A DNA stretch of 53,217 nt, filler included, from Perkinsus olseni (lineage: Eukaryota), in assembly GCA_013115125.1 (NCBI GenBank). It is 2 parts of 2 records of this genome, joined end to end, with 100 filler letters (N's around TTAATTAATTAA, not from the genome) between each part and the next. Parts side by side here need not be neighbours in the genome. Positions count along the whole stretch, not along the records: positions 1 to 26,580 come from JABANN010000477.1; 1 more part is not named here. One strand, written 5' to 3'. Position numbers and translations under genes: made by a program. The notes under the pieces were generated by a model, which saw only the letters and a program-made list of their open reading frames with translations, had not been told where the DNA came from and ran no database searches. Positions 12,395 through 23,553 of this stretch are shown here, piece after piece (the first letter of the stretch is position 1; each line of letters opens with the position of its first letter).

Positions 12395-12882
12395 TAGAAA
12401 AACAACCTCGCCTTGTCCCCGCCCGGAATATTGAAGAAAAATCGAAACAAAAACGGAGAAGAGAAACGTGTACCAAACGAACGCTCGGGCGAGCATTCGC
12501 GGAAGGAGTGGTATAAGTAACAGCCATCTAGATGACGATAACCTAAAAACAGCAAAAGATTACCAAAAAAAATAATTACACCAATTCGCGGCTACCAAGG
12601 TCGACCCTTGCTTATCACACAAACTAAAGATACTCCGCACGCTAGATATGATTTTAACAACAGATTGCCACGGAAAATCAACCGCAAAAAATCCACTGAT
12701 TCGCTGATCCCAAGTTCGGCCCCTGTTTTTTACATACACAAAAGACACTTCTCGCGCCCAGTAAAACATTTTCAAACATAAGAGTAGTAACACTGAAGAT
12801 TCCTCCATGATTGAGATCTGGGATATCCCGTACAGCGAAGGTTCCGCAGTAGCCATACTACCCCATTACTACAGCCGTCCGT

Positions 12883-14250
12883 CTATCGAGATGAAGATCC
12901 TTTTTTGCTGGTAGATCTCGTGGCCATCATGGGTTGCTTCTGCTGAGCGTGGTCCTCATACTCGTACTCCACTTCAACTCGAGGAACTATGGAGGGTAGG
13001 AGTGATGGTGTGGAACAAAGATACCACCTACCCTTCCGCAACGGCCTGCCTTCAACCTTGGATCCGGCCAGGGCTGCTATCAGATCGGACTGATCCTCGA
13101 TATCTTCCATGTCCTCATCAATCTGAGCAAGCATAAAGTTAATATCCCCACTAATCAACGGGGGAGAAAACAGGTCATCATGATGATCCTGACGCTCTAG
13201 ACACGGCCACGCCTCTCCCGAACAATTTCAACTGGGTCTTTTCCCTATTATTATAATACATGTCATAATACCAAAATTATCACTAAATGAAAGGTAATGG
13301 TAATCATGGTAAAAATAAATTATAAAAAATATGAATATATTATTATAAATAATAATCATAAATGAAAATAATCATGGTAAAAATCAGGTTATGTCATCAT
13401 AGTTTGACTTCCTAGCAACAACCAGCATGTTGATCAATCTCACTACCCCAACAAAGGGTTGATTCTTTCGTCAGCACTTCGACAACAACGCGCTCATGGA
13501 AGCTCTCATAGGAGGACTAATGATTTCACGTCATAAAAGCTATGCTGATCGCGACCAGATGGCTCCGCTCCGAAAAGGACAGTCCGCTCTGAACCTCGCC
13601 ATTCCGTCAAGCTGGCAAGAGCAGCAGATCGCTGCCCTCCTGCAACCTCCTACTCGGGCGATTACGAAAATTTCACAGACTCATAACAATAATATATTAG
13701 AAAATCCGAGCATACCAACTTTTGCCCGCATCATCGTTCTGTCCCACCCCGCACTACCTCCTCTCCCTCGGACTCCTCCTCACCCGACGACTCGTCTTCA
13801 TCATCATTATCACCGGCCGCCACAAAGTTACTTTTACCATCAGCCATCATGGCCTGCAGCTCATCTTCTTCCTCAACCTCATACCTGAAATCCCCCGAAT
13901 CATTACCACGCCACCCTCTTCTTGCACTCACTCCTCATCCTCCGACTCTCCACTGAGATGATCAGCTTCCTGAGAACAATACCGCTCTCTCAACAATTCG
14001 GTCCGGCCACAGTAAGGCATTGTCGAGCATGGGAGTCATGAAACCAAATAGCGCCATAAATCACTATCTCATACCATAAATTGCGCAACTCCTGTTACAT
14101 CACCTCGCTACAACAGCCGTCAAAGAGCACCCAGGGTCCAGCATTCACATAATAAGGACTTTCACTTTCAAGTACGCTGGCCACCCAACAGACAATCTAC
14201 GATATAACTTCCTCCGAGTACATTCAAATGACTAAGTTCTCTACCTTCTT

Positions 14251-14288
<38 letters not shown>

Positions 14289-15115
14289 GGCAGGCGAAAG
14301 ACTACCACTACCCAAATTCGCGAACTTCAACCTATAACTGGTCTCCAAAGGACGGCACACAAAAAAGTCCTCGCCGTACTTCATTGCTCCACAGCAACTT
14401 GAATGGCATCCCTCACAGTACTACCAGTCCCTCCTCCAACTCCTCTTCCTCCTCCTCAACATCCTTCTGTTTGTACAGATCGCCATAAGTGCCCTTGCGC
14501 AACCGAGCCAACAAGGCAGTACCTACCCAATAATCTCTACTTTTCATACCACACCTTCCCCAACTACCAATCGACTCTTCGACCTTGGCCGCCCTCAGCG
14601 CGTGAGCTTCCCTATTTCTTTCTCTCTTCTCCGTCTTCTTCTTAACCACGCTCAGTTCCTTCTTCTCATCCCTCAACTCCAATTTCCTCGCTCGAATCAG
14701 AGTCTGCCTCAGTCGCGTTAATCGTTGTTTACAGCGGTTGATCTGATGACCCGGCCAGAATTCGAGAGCCTTGTCAATCTGCTGAAGGGCCTCTGCATAA
14801 TTCTTGCTGAGTTTTATTTTTTCCCAAAGATTTTTCGGACTGTGCGCCCGCTCCACCGTCTTCACAAACAGGTAGCACACGCCCTCATCTTCCATAACCG
14901 TGGCATAGTTGCTATTCGCCAGCGGACAAGTGACCTTACTGCACATACCAGTGACGTTATACCTGATCGTACCACTCCAATCGTTACCCCACCTGAAATC
15001 GAGGGTACTACTTGTTGGTGCAGAAGACCTGCGGAGGATCTTTCCGTTTGACTTTGAAGCTGCAGAAACCCTTGCCAGGCCCTATGCACGTCCAAATGGT
15101 ATCGTCGTTTTGCAT
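12883..15115 (-). CDS. MAK16: MAK16 60S ribosome biogenesis protein, multi-exon
   Basis: MQNDDTIW...FCSFK, then NVTGMCSKVTCPLANSNYATV, LFVKTVERAHSPKNLWEKIKLSKNY, CKQRLTRL, ERNREAHALRAAKVE and LLARLRKGTYGDLY. An acidic tail follows, ending VEVEYEYE. Confidence 0.95.
14252..14287. repeat. (CAG)12 microsatellite in a MAK16 intron
   Basis: Perfect 36-bp CAG run. Confidence 0.95.
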
Positions 15116-15851
15116 GGTTGAAGTGGAAGAAGAGTACAGTAAAGTACTGGGAATATTTTATGCTACTTTCCCGACTACAACCAGTCAATTGCCCAAATAC
15201 CACACCAATCGAACTCCAGAGGCAGCAGAAAAATCTCCATTACTGAATTTCCCCGACTGTCCCGCTCCGGGAGCCGGACTCCCTTGCCACCCTCCAAAAA
15301 AAACAACACCGCGTCTGAACTTGACTTTTCCACACAAATTTTACTACCCGTAAAACGGCAACCCACTTCAAAAGGCCCCCCGGATTACTCTCATGCTGAT
15401 GATGACGTTAGTAAGAGTCGGTCCCCATACTACGATCCACACTGTTTGACACAGTCCATCATCTAACGATGGCGAATTAGAGAAAAGGGGGACGTTGCTG
15501 CTTCTACGATACAGTTTCACTTAAATACGTTAAGTGCCGTTTTTCACGAATCGCGATTCAAGAAGGCACGTCGCGAATGATTGATTTGAAAACTTCTGAG
15601 TTGTAAAATCGCGGGAATTCGCTGAGAGAAAACAACGATTAGCTTGTGCCAAGAAGTACAAGAATAATATTTGCTCTGGAAAGATGCTCCTTACCACTCC
15701 AATACCAAATCATAATAAGACTTTCTGGCACCACCAGCTGGCAAAAGGATTATGCTGAGGAAGCCACGACGCCGTCGACGTTGAGGAACTGCAAGAATGC
15801 AAGATGCCCATCACTTGCTTTCCCTCTTCTCATCTGAACGTCCGATTCCTC

Positions 15852-18303
15852 ATGCAGGGGCAGCAGCAACAAGCAGGCCAACGCAACCGACGGCCCCCCA
15901 CCATTGAAGAAGAGGCCTTTAATGGTGGCGGAGCGGAGCCCAGTAGCGACAGTAGTCGTGGCGCTAGCTATGCTGCCAACGATAAGATTCCAAGGGACTT
16001 GCAGGCAGCGAGGGAGGCCTATGCCCTCGGGGACTCGGAGCTGTAAGAACTGATTAAAAAACCGTAAAATAGCTTCTGTACAGGTCTCGGTTGGCCCATC
16101 AGACGAGGGAACTGGCGGAGCTGGCGTCGGGTGAAACTAGCCAACTTGTTAGTGTTGGTGATGATGATGTTATCAAAGCCCAAGCGCTTTCAGGTGGTTT
16201 ACGGGGTGGGGTATTGAAGCAAAATTGTTCTGGAAAACAATTATTTTTAAGGCAAAATAGAAATCTTATTTTTCAACTCACTTTTGCATTTTTGATTGGG
16301 AGCGAAATTATACACGGCAGAAATGACAGGCTCAGCCAATTGCAAGTGAAACGCTTATTGACGTCTGCCTGTGATGAGAGCTATCAGACTCAATGGCTTC
16401 ACTGATTGAAATTGTCGATAAACCGTCATCATCATATTAAGGACGGGTCGGTTCAGCCAACCAACCAACTTGGTTGACAGCAGGTTGAACGGAAAAGGGC
16501 TCAGCTTATTTGGTGCAAACGAGATTAGACACATCTCACATGGTAGATCAAGAGTCGCAGGCCTGAGAGTGGATCAGAAGCTTCGGGAATAATCAGCCAG
16601 ACCAAGCAAGCACAGGCCATGTTTCCAAGGAAGGCTGGGCTACTGATCTGAGTGACAACTGATATGATGGGTTTATAGAAGGATAACATGGTCAGCAAAG
16701 CGTTGGGAGAAGAGCTCCTCTGGGTTCTTTCGAGTGCAAACAGAATTATACACACGCGCGAGCGAGTGAGGCGTTCATCGGTCTTCCAGACGAAGGAAGT
16801 GGCATGTCTTTCTATGTAACTGGATCGAGGTAGTCGGATGTCGAGTCTATCGATGGCTGCTTTCGGTGCTTTCTAATAGAAAATTTTACCGATCAAATCG
16901 CCTCAAAATTTATGAATTTTTTTCCACTCCGAAAACTCGTTTTTACTGGTTTGTAGGTTTTATAGGAGGTAGTCTGACGTCGTGTCTGTTGATGGCTGCC
17001 TTTGGTGCTTTCTCCGGGCTGCTGATAGAAGATTCTGCCCGGCCGACTGTGATGGTGTTGTTTATACTCTCTTTGCTGTGCGCGGCCGTGGTTACGGGTA
17101 ATCAAATGTGGATGAAGGAAAAGGTAGTAGTGCTGTAGATATCGGAATTTTTTACCCATTTATATAATCGTTAGGCTGCCTTGGAGTACTCTGATTATGA
17201 GAGGGCTCGGGAGCTGTGGGAAGTTGATAATTTCCCGGAAGGGGAAGTTCAGGAGATGATGTATATTTACCGAAACGCGGGCTTGTCTGACGAAGATTCC
17301 ACCACTGTTGCGCATATCTTGTCGAAGTAGGTTAACCTGTGTCACTCATGCTTGATACAAGTGTAAAAGATACCCCGAATTTTGGGTGGACCATATGCTG
17401 CTGCATGAAGTGGGATTATTACCATCACGGTTAGATCAGCAGACCAGGCTGAGGACAGCTAGGTGATATGGCGGCTGGCTAGTGTTAAAAGAGTCGAAAA
17501 ATTGTTATGGGTGAGAATCGTGGTGGTGATGAAAATGGATTTTATCGAGTACTAGGAGCAACCTAAGATACGCTTGGTGATTCGGCAAGAGTTTGGTATC
17601 ATCACACGAGGGGCGTATCCTTATTGAAATATAATTGTGTATTTCTTTACGCTACTTTTCCGACCATAATGTGAAATCATGAAAATAGACGAGAACCGGG
17701 TAATGTTTCTAGGGGAGTTGAGGAACGATAGATTTTTTAATGCATAGTAGGCGCGAGAATGAGAACTGCTTCATGAGGTTTCTCGACAAATCAGCGGAGG
17801 GCTATCCATGACGGTGGTCATAGACGTTATTGTGGTTCGTGACAGGTACTCGACGGCGATGGTATCTTTCGTTCTCATGGCCGGCTTTCTACCGTCTATC
17901 TTGATCATGCGTGGCTATGGCGCTGCTGTTGTCTGGGTCTTTGGTGAAATACAAGTGATGGGCGGGCTGATGGTTCGGACTAGAAATAAAGTGGAGAAGG
18001 GACAGATGCTCAAGACGCAGGTGATAAGGGACACCGATTTTGTGATGGTCGTGGGTCAACCTAAGATTCCTCGGTATGGAGGGTCGAAAATTCTTGGTCG
18101 GGTGGGTTTGGTGCGCTTATCATCAATAATGGCTTTCCGACCTCGCCTAGCTAGACGAGGGTTCCGTGATGGTCATCTGTGTCGCAGGTTGAACACTGCA
18201 AGATACAGAATTTAAGATTCTCTTCAGGTCAGGGTATTTCTTCACTCGATCGTTGGCAGCGTATCCATCCACATCCTCGCAACTCTCCTGCAGTATCTGC
18301 TGA
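15852..18303 (+). CDS. VIT1/CCC1-family vacuolar iron/manganese transporter-like protein, multi-exon
   Basis: RDLQAAREAY...SRLAH is followed by TM segments and the metal-binding region ERARELWEVDNFPEGEVQEMMYIY...GLS...VAHILSKYPEFWVDHMLLHEVG. Further TM exons end in a putative stop at 18301-18303. Confidence 0.8.
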
Positions 18304-18564
18304 TAAAGCCATATCTCATACCACTCCTTCCGCAAGATTCCTATCATTATCGAACTACCATTTCTATATAGTAATGCGCACGTTAGCCTTTTGTCGTGCA
18401 AGAGTATCATTTTTTTCAAGTCCCTTCGCCTCTGCTGTATCGGGATTTTTACGGCAGTTTTCACGGCGATTGTAGAAAACAGATTCTTCCGTAAATTTTG
18501 GTATCACTGTCGTGTTCTTTATCGTTGTTATTCGCTATTACAGTAGCCTTGGTTCCTTCCCCTG

Positions 18565-19938
18565 ATGGTCCAGCTCAATTCCTCAAAACGTATCTTAATA
18601 CGGCATTTGGTACCAGCTTCAACCTAAGATACCCGTGCTAGGATGCTCCCATTCTCAGAGATCTGACGTCTCGAGGGATAATCTTCACAGAGTGTTCCGT
18701 CGGTTCGGTGAGATCAGGGAAGTTTATGTGCCAACAGATCCAGCTACGGGTCAAGGGAGGGGGTAGTAATAGTAGCAGTATCAAGTGGAGGAGGGAAGTT
18801 TCTGACTTTTCCGGAGGACTTCAAGGGAATTCGGGTTTTTTGGGCGATTTTTTCGCAATATCTCTCAGCTTTTCCGGAAATTCCTGGAATTTTCCAGGAG
18901 AATTTCTCCGGGGTTTTCCCAGAATAGAATAGAATATTAGAATTCTCACAAGTGACGCCAGTGTGACGTTGGTGGTATTTTCTGTTAACGTGGACGTATC
19001 TTTTGACCTTTTGACCTCGTAGCGTGCAAGGGTGACGTCAGTGAGTGATGAGCTTTCCTTTGGGAGGACTGAATTAGCTTTGCGGAGACCTGGCATTTTT
19101 CATACGCCACAGTCGAGTTAACCTCTTGCTCGTTGCTGATCTTGTGAATCTCAGATTTTTCATTACATCTGAGAACCGCCCGGCTCCGCGGAAATTTTGA
19201 TTTCTCGGGCGGTTGATACAGCATAAGTATCTTTAAGTATCTTTTATGGTTGACTAGGTTCGGCTTTGTCGAGTACCTGCGTCAAGATTCGGCCGAGCGG
19301 GCGATGAGTGAGATGAATAATCAGCAGTTCGAGAACTCTGTCATACAGCTAGTTTTTGTGGAACCGAAAGATCAGCATGACCGGTATGGAAGGGTGTAAT
19401 TTCTGATGAAAAAATAGGAAAATAACCTCAGAGGGCGAGAGGCGGAGCGTGAGCGTATAAGAGGCTCAGTCCACGGCCCGTCGTCACAAGGGAACCAGCA
19501 GGGGGCGTATCAACAGCAGCCACCGCCACCCCCACCACCATCATCTGGTAAGGACCAGGCCCGGGCGATCTGTGACATCAAAGGTTACTGTCAGGCATGC
19601 TCGCTGGGCCCAATGCCTTTACTATAACAGCTCCTGCTACTAACCCGTCCTCGGATAGCTCGAGGTAGGAATTGTGGCTGGGGTAATTTATTCCGATTTT
19701 GTGATTTTTTGACGAGCGATAGCGAAGCATGCTGGGCGAATGATGATTTCTGCCCTGGGTTGTAGGCGAATCTTTCGTCCTACGTATCTTGTTGCGCACT
19801 GCGAAGATTTTGTGGTGTGCTAGGTATAATACTACTGCTGGGGACTTCATAATAGATGCGTCAGGCAGACTGACCAGGCGGGTGGCAACCAATGGTGGTC
19901 AGGAAGATAGACCCGCCCGGAGTCGTAGTCGGAGGTAA
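18565..19938 (+). CDS. RRM protein with short RS tail (SR-like), multi-exon
   Basis: Spliced reading: MVQLNSSKRILIRHL/RSDVSRDNLHRVFRRFGEIREVYVPTDPATGQGRG/FGFVEY (RNP2 and RNP1). A Pro/Gln-rich middle follows, and the C-terminus is PARSRSRR*. Confidence 0.85.
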
Positions 19939-21063
19939 TAACCATACCACACCAATCGCGACTCGTAATTATTCTGCCCCTCAGTCCAACTGGTGGAGCT
20001 GGTGCTGGCTTGCTGACTGCAGGAATATCTTCTCGCAAGGTGGTTGACGGGGCGACTTTTTCAATCCGGGTTCGATTCTTTATACCACTCGGGAGCGAAC
20101 GGTTTGTGTATTCTATAAAAATACGGTATCGTTCTCCTACTGTCGTGCGCCGTGGTAGATGATCCCGAACAAAATGGAAAAAAGCCCGTACCGGGGTTCG
20201 AACCCGCGAAGTTCGCAATCTGTATTTCAGGAAGATACTGTTCCAGTGGCAGCTAGCACGTCGGTCGGAGGGGCCTACAGACCACCAGCGTGCGTTGCTC
20301 AGGAGTGCCCGTTGCATCCGGCCCTCATCGTGGACTACAGTCAGATCTGAAGCGTTCGTCTCAAGATTGAGCACTTGTGTTGTTAGTGTTATAAAGGAGG
20401 GGTCAATTCGAATTCTCAGAGTATCCTTCTTACGGGTGAGGGGCATTCTGGGTGCACAGAGGAACTCCTGTGCAGCGGAAAGCCGGGACCGATAACAACT
20501 TCGACCAGAATCAGGCAATTTTCGGTGGATAGATTTTTGCATAGCGGTATGCAGAAAAGGTTACGGCTCAGAAGCTGCGCTCGTTTCTTTTCGGGTTCTT
20601 GCCCGTGAAAACAAGCGACGAATCGCTTTTCCGTGCGATACTGTGCATCTTGGTGTGAGGATGTATGCTGAAAATACTCAGCACTCTGCAGCAGCAGATT
20701 TTGAGATTCTTTTTCTTCGAGAGTTCGGGCTCCTCGCGAGTATGTCGATTGATCCCCCTGTCCCAACGCTCCCGTGTACGCCCGTCTCATCGGGAATCAC
20801 ATAGTTGTGTTTTCATTAAAGCTATCAGACTGTGGGAGAGAGTCCTTATCCGAGCGAGAGCGTGACCGTTGTTGGCGTTCTCACAGATGGTATCTTCTTC
20901 GCAGTGCGGCAACTGAGAAGAAAGATCTTTCCGGTCCGCACTTGGGTCGTCCAAACGCTCAGGAGCCGGCACTGGACGAGACTATGTTTCCGTCGCGGAA
21001 TATTGTTTTCGAGCGACTGCAGCCGAAGAAGGGCGTAGAGTTTTTATATACATTACTCATGAC

Positions 21064-23309
21064 ATGAACAATTCCCTGCTAGCTAACCGACTCAGCCCCT
21101 CGGCGGCGAGAGCGGCTTCTTACGCCCTGCGTGACCGAATGAGGAGATGCCGAGACATAAGGCAGTTGCACAGGATAGTGAAGGGAGCGATGATGGTGCT
21201 GCGGAGGTGGGGACTGCTAAGGGGAATGGGATTGTATCGTAGGTCACCGGTGAGGAATCTTTGGTTGACGCGTGCTCAAGATGGAGCTCGAGGAATATCC
21301 TTGATTACGTCGCGAGGTTGAGCTGGCTCGTTGCGGAAAACAAGATACCTTTTAGCGGAGAGGATGAACGGATAGCAAGTACTCCTAGAATCTCACGGCC
21401 GTTCGGAATGGTGTGGTATTCAGGCGCGTTAATATCGTCAGTTCCCCTGGACCTGCTTTCTCCTTCCCAATTGACTTCCTATCTCTCTTCAACAGCCCGC
21501 CTTCACTCAACAAACGTCGGGCTGTCTATAAAGCTGCCCCCAGTAGCCTTGGTGTTGTCAGCAGCAGTGAGAATCAGTTCGGCGAGGGTCGTCCCGGAGC
21601 TCCTTGCGGCCGCGGTCAAGTGCGGGATGGTGATCAGTGATGAGGATAGTGCGGGGGTCCTAGGCCATATTAACGATCTGGTCCGCCGAGAGAATCTTGA
21701 CGCACTGGAGTCAGCCCGGACGCTTGCTACGTTGCTGTGGTGTACGGCTCGGGTTTGCGGAGGGGAGGTGGTTTCTGGCAGCCCGAAAGTCGCTGATATT
21801 CTGGGATGGTCTACGGAACTTCTCGAGGCCTGGGCGTATCTTTCGACCACTTCGAGCTCTCGCATGAAGGTCGAGGATGCGTCTATGATACTATGGTCCT
21901 ATGCTACAGTGTGTGGGGAGGGAGAGGGTCCCTGGGGGGAGCGGGTGATAAGGGCGATCGATTCTCTCCTCGAGAATGCACCAGCCCGTTTTGAAGTGGC
22001 TGATGCGTGCCTCATCATGTGGGCAGTCTCGAAGCTGTCTCGTGATGCTGCGGTGGTGGGGCGTATCTTAGCTTCATGCGAGGACATTATAAAAAGGTTC
22101 CTTGATCAAGGGTCGTATCTTTCACCTGCGTGTATGACCATGGTGACCTCAGCCGCCGCCAGACTTCAACGGAAGCCAATAGTCTGGCCACCTCCAGTCC
22201 AGGTCATGCTGAAGATGTCTTCGACGCAGCTGGCGAGTATCTTCCGCACAGCAGAGAAAATAGGCTGGCACGAGCAATTTCAAGCTGCGGTGGTGGAGGT
22301 CGCCATCCGCTATTCCTCGTACGTGGACTTGATATCATCGCTGAGTCGGGTGCCGCCCGCCCGGGATGCTCTCACCATCGTACTGAAGGGTCTTCCTGAA
22401 AGAATTCAGAAAGTCTCGGGTGAGGATTTTGTGAGGTTATTGACCGCCCTAGAATCTAGCGGTCATGCCCGATCGCAAATCTCTAGCCTGCTTCGGACGG
22501 CCGAAGCCCTCCAGCCGGGCCAGTTGAGTATAAATAGCATCATTAACGCTCTCGATGTGGCAGCAAGATTGGGAGGCTCCCTTCCCCTGCCTCACCTGCT
22601 GGAGTGGGTCTACTCCGAGTCAGCCCAGCTCGCAACGCTGCCGTTATCGCAGCGTATTGTGATCGTAAGAGCAGTGGGCGCCATGGGCCCTTCCAAAGGT
22701 CTTATGGCTGTCGACGATTTCACCAGCGATCCCTCGGACGAACCGGTTTTGATATCAGCGTTGTGCGTAGGGTTTGGCTACCTCGCTCGACCCCCGCCAG
22801 ACCTGATCGAAGTCGCTCATCGGGCAGCTTTGGTGGCCCCCCGGCTGAGTGGAGTTGGTCTTGCTATGATGACCAAGGTCTTCGCCAAGCACCGTGTAGT
22901 TATCCCTGGCCTCCTCGCCGCCCTACTCGAAGCGGCCCCGGTCGCTGAGGGGTACGACGACCCCGCTAGGTGCCTGATGGTCGTCTATCTCCAGCGCCTT
23001 GATTGCCTTCAACAGAATAAAGTGGGGGAGTCCCTTCTGAAGGGCATAGAGGGCTTCCACTCCGTCGGGTTAGAGGAGCTCGTTCTGTTGGTCTGTGCTG
23101 TTGACGGCAACTTCGGTGATGATCTCGAGGTGGTCCAAAGGGCGAGGGCAGCGATGGAGAGTGCCGTAACGGAGGTCTGCGGGTGCATCCGCAGTGGGGA
23201 CTGCCGTACCCTGGCTTCAAAGCATGGGGTGAAGCGCTTGGACGGGCAGGTCATTGGGAAAGTTTTGACGCAGCTGGTGCGGTTGGTCGAACCCTATTCT
23301 GGTGGCTGA
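21064..23309 (+). CDS. Helical-repeat (HPR/RAP-type repeat) protein, paralog 1, no deaminase motif
   Basis: Long ORF 21261-23309 plus a first exon at 21064. Repeated helix-pair motifs (LATLLWCTAR, ASMILWSYAT, ACLIMWAVSKL, LAMMTKVFAKH) align colinearly with the next gene. A short extra 3' exon (~23316-23495) is possible. Confidence 0.75.
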
Positions 23310-23553
23310 GGGTAGGGCAGTACCCTCCTGGAGATTGACGGGGCTGAGGGCCTTCCGACCGATCGAATGGAGCCTGTCGTGTTTCTGCTTGTTTCTGGTC
23401 AGCAGTGTCGAGTTGGTGTTTATCAGCGGACGGCCTCCCCAGCAGGGCCCTTCGACGAGGGTATTAAATTCATGTGCTTCGCGACCTCTGGTTAGTGTCA
23501 TTAACTCACTTTCATCGGCCAAGTTTGACTGTCGTTCTACTGACTACCACACC

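Noticed and set aside
13245-13400. Very AT-rich tract
   Set aside because: It is low-complexity intronic sequence in MAK16 with no organellar gene similarity that I could recognise.
14228-14488. Poly-Q ORF
   Set aside because: It is an antisense reading of an intronic (CAG)12 repeat and a MAK16 exon.
19847-20542. 231-aa minus-strand ORF
   Set aside because: It has no recognisable motifs and overlaps the RRM gene end and a tRNA-like fragment.
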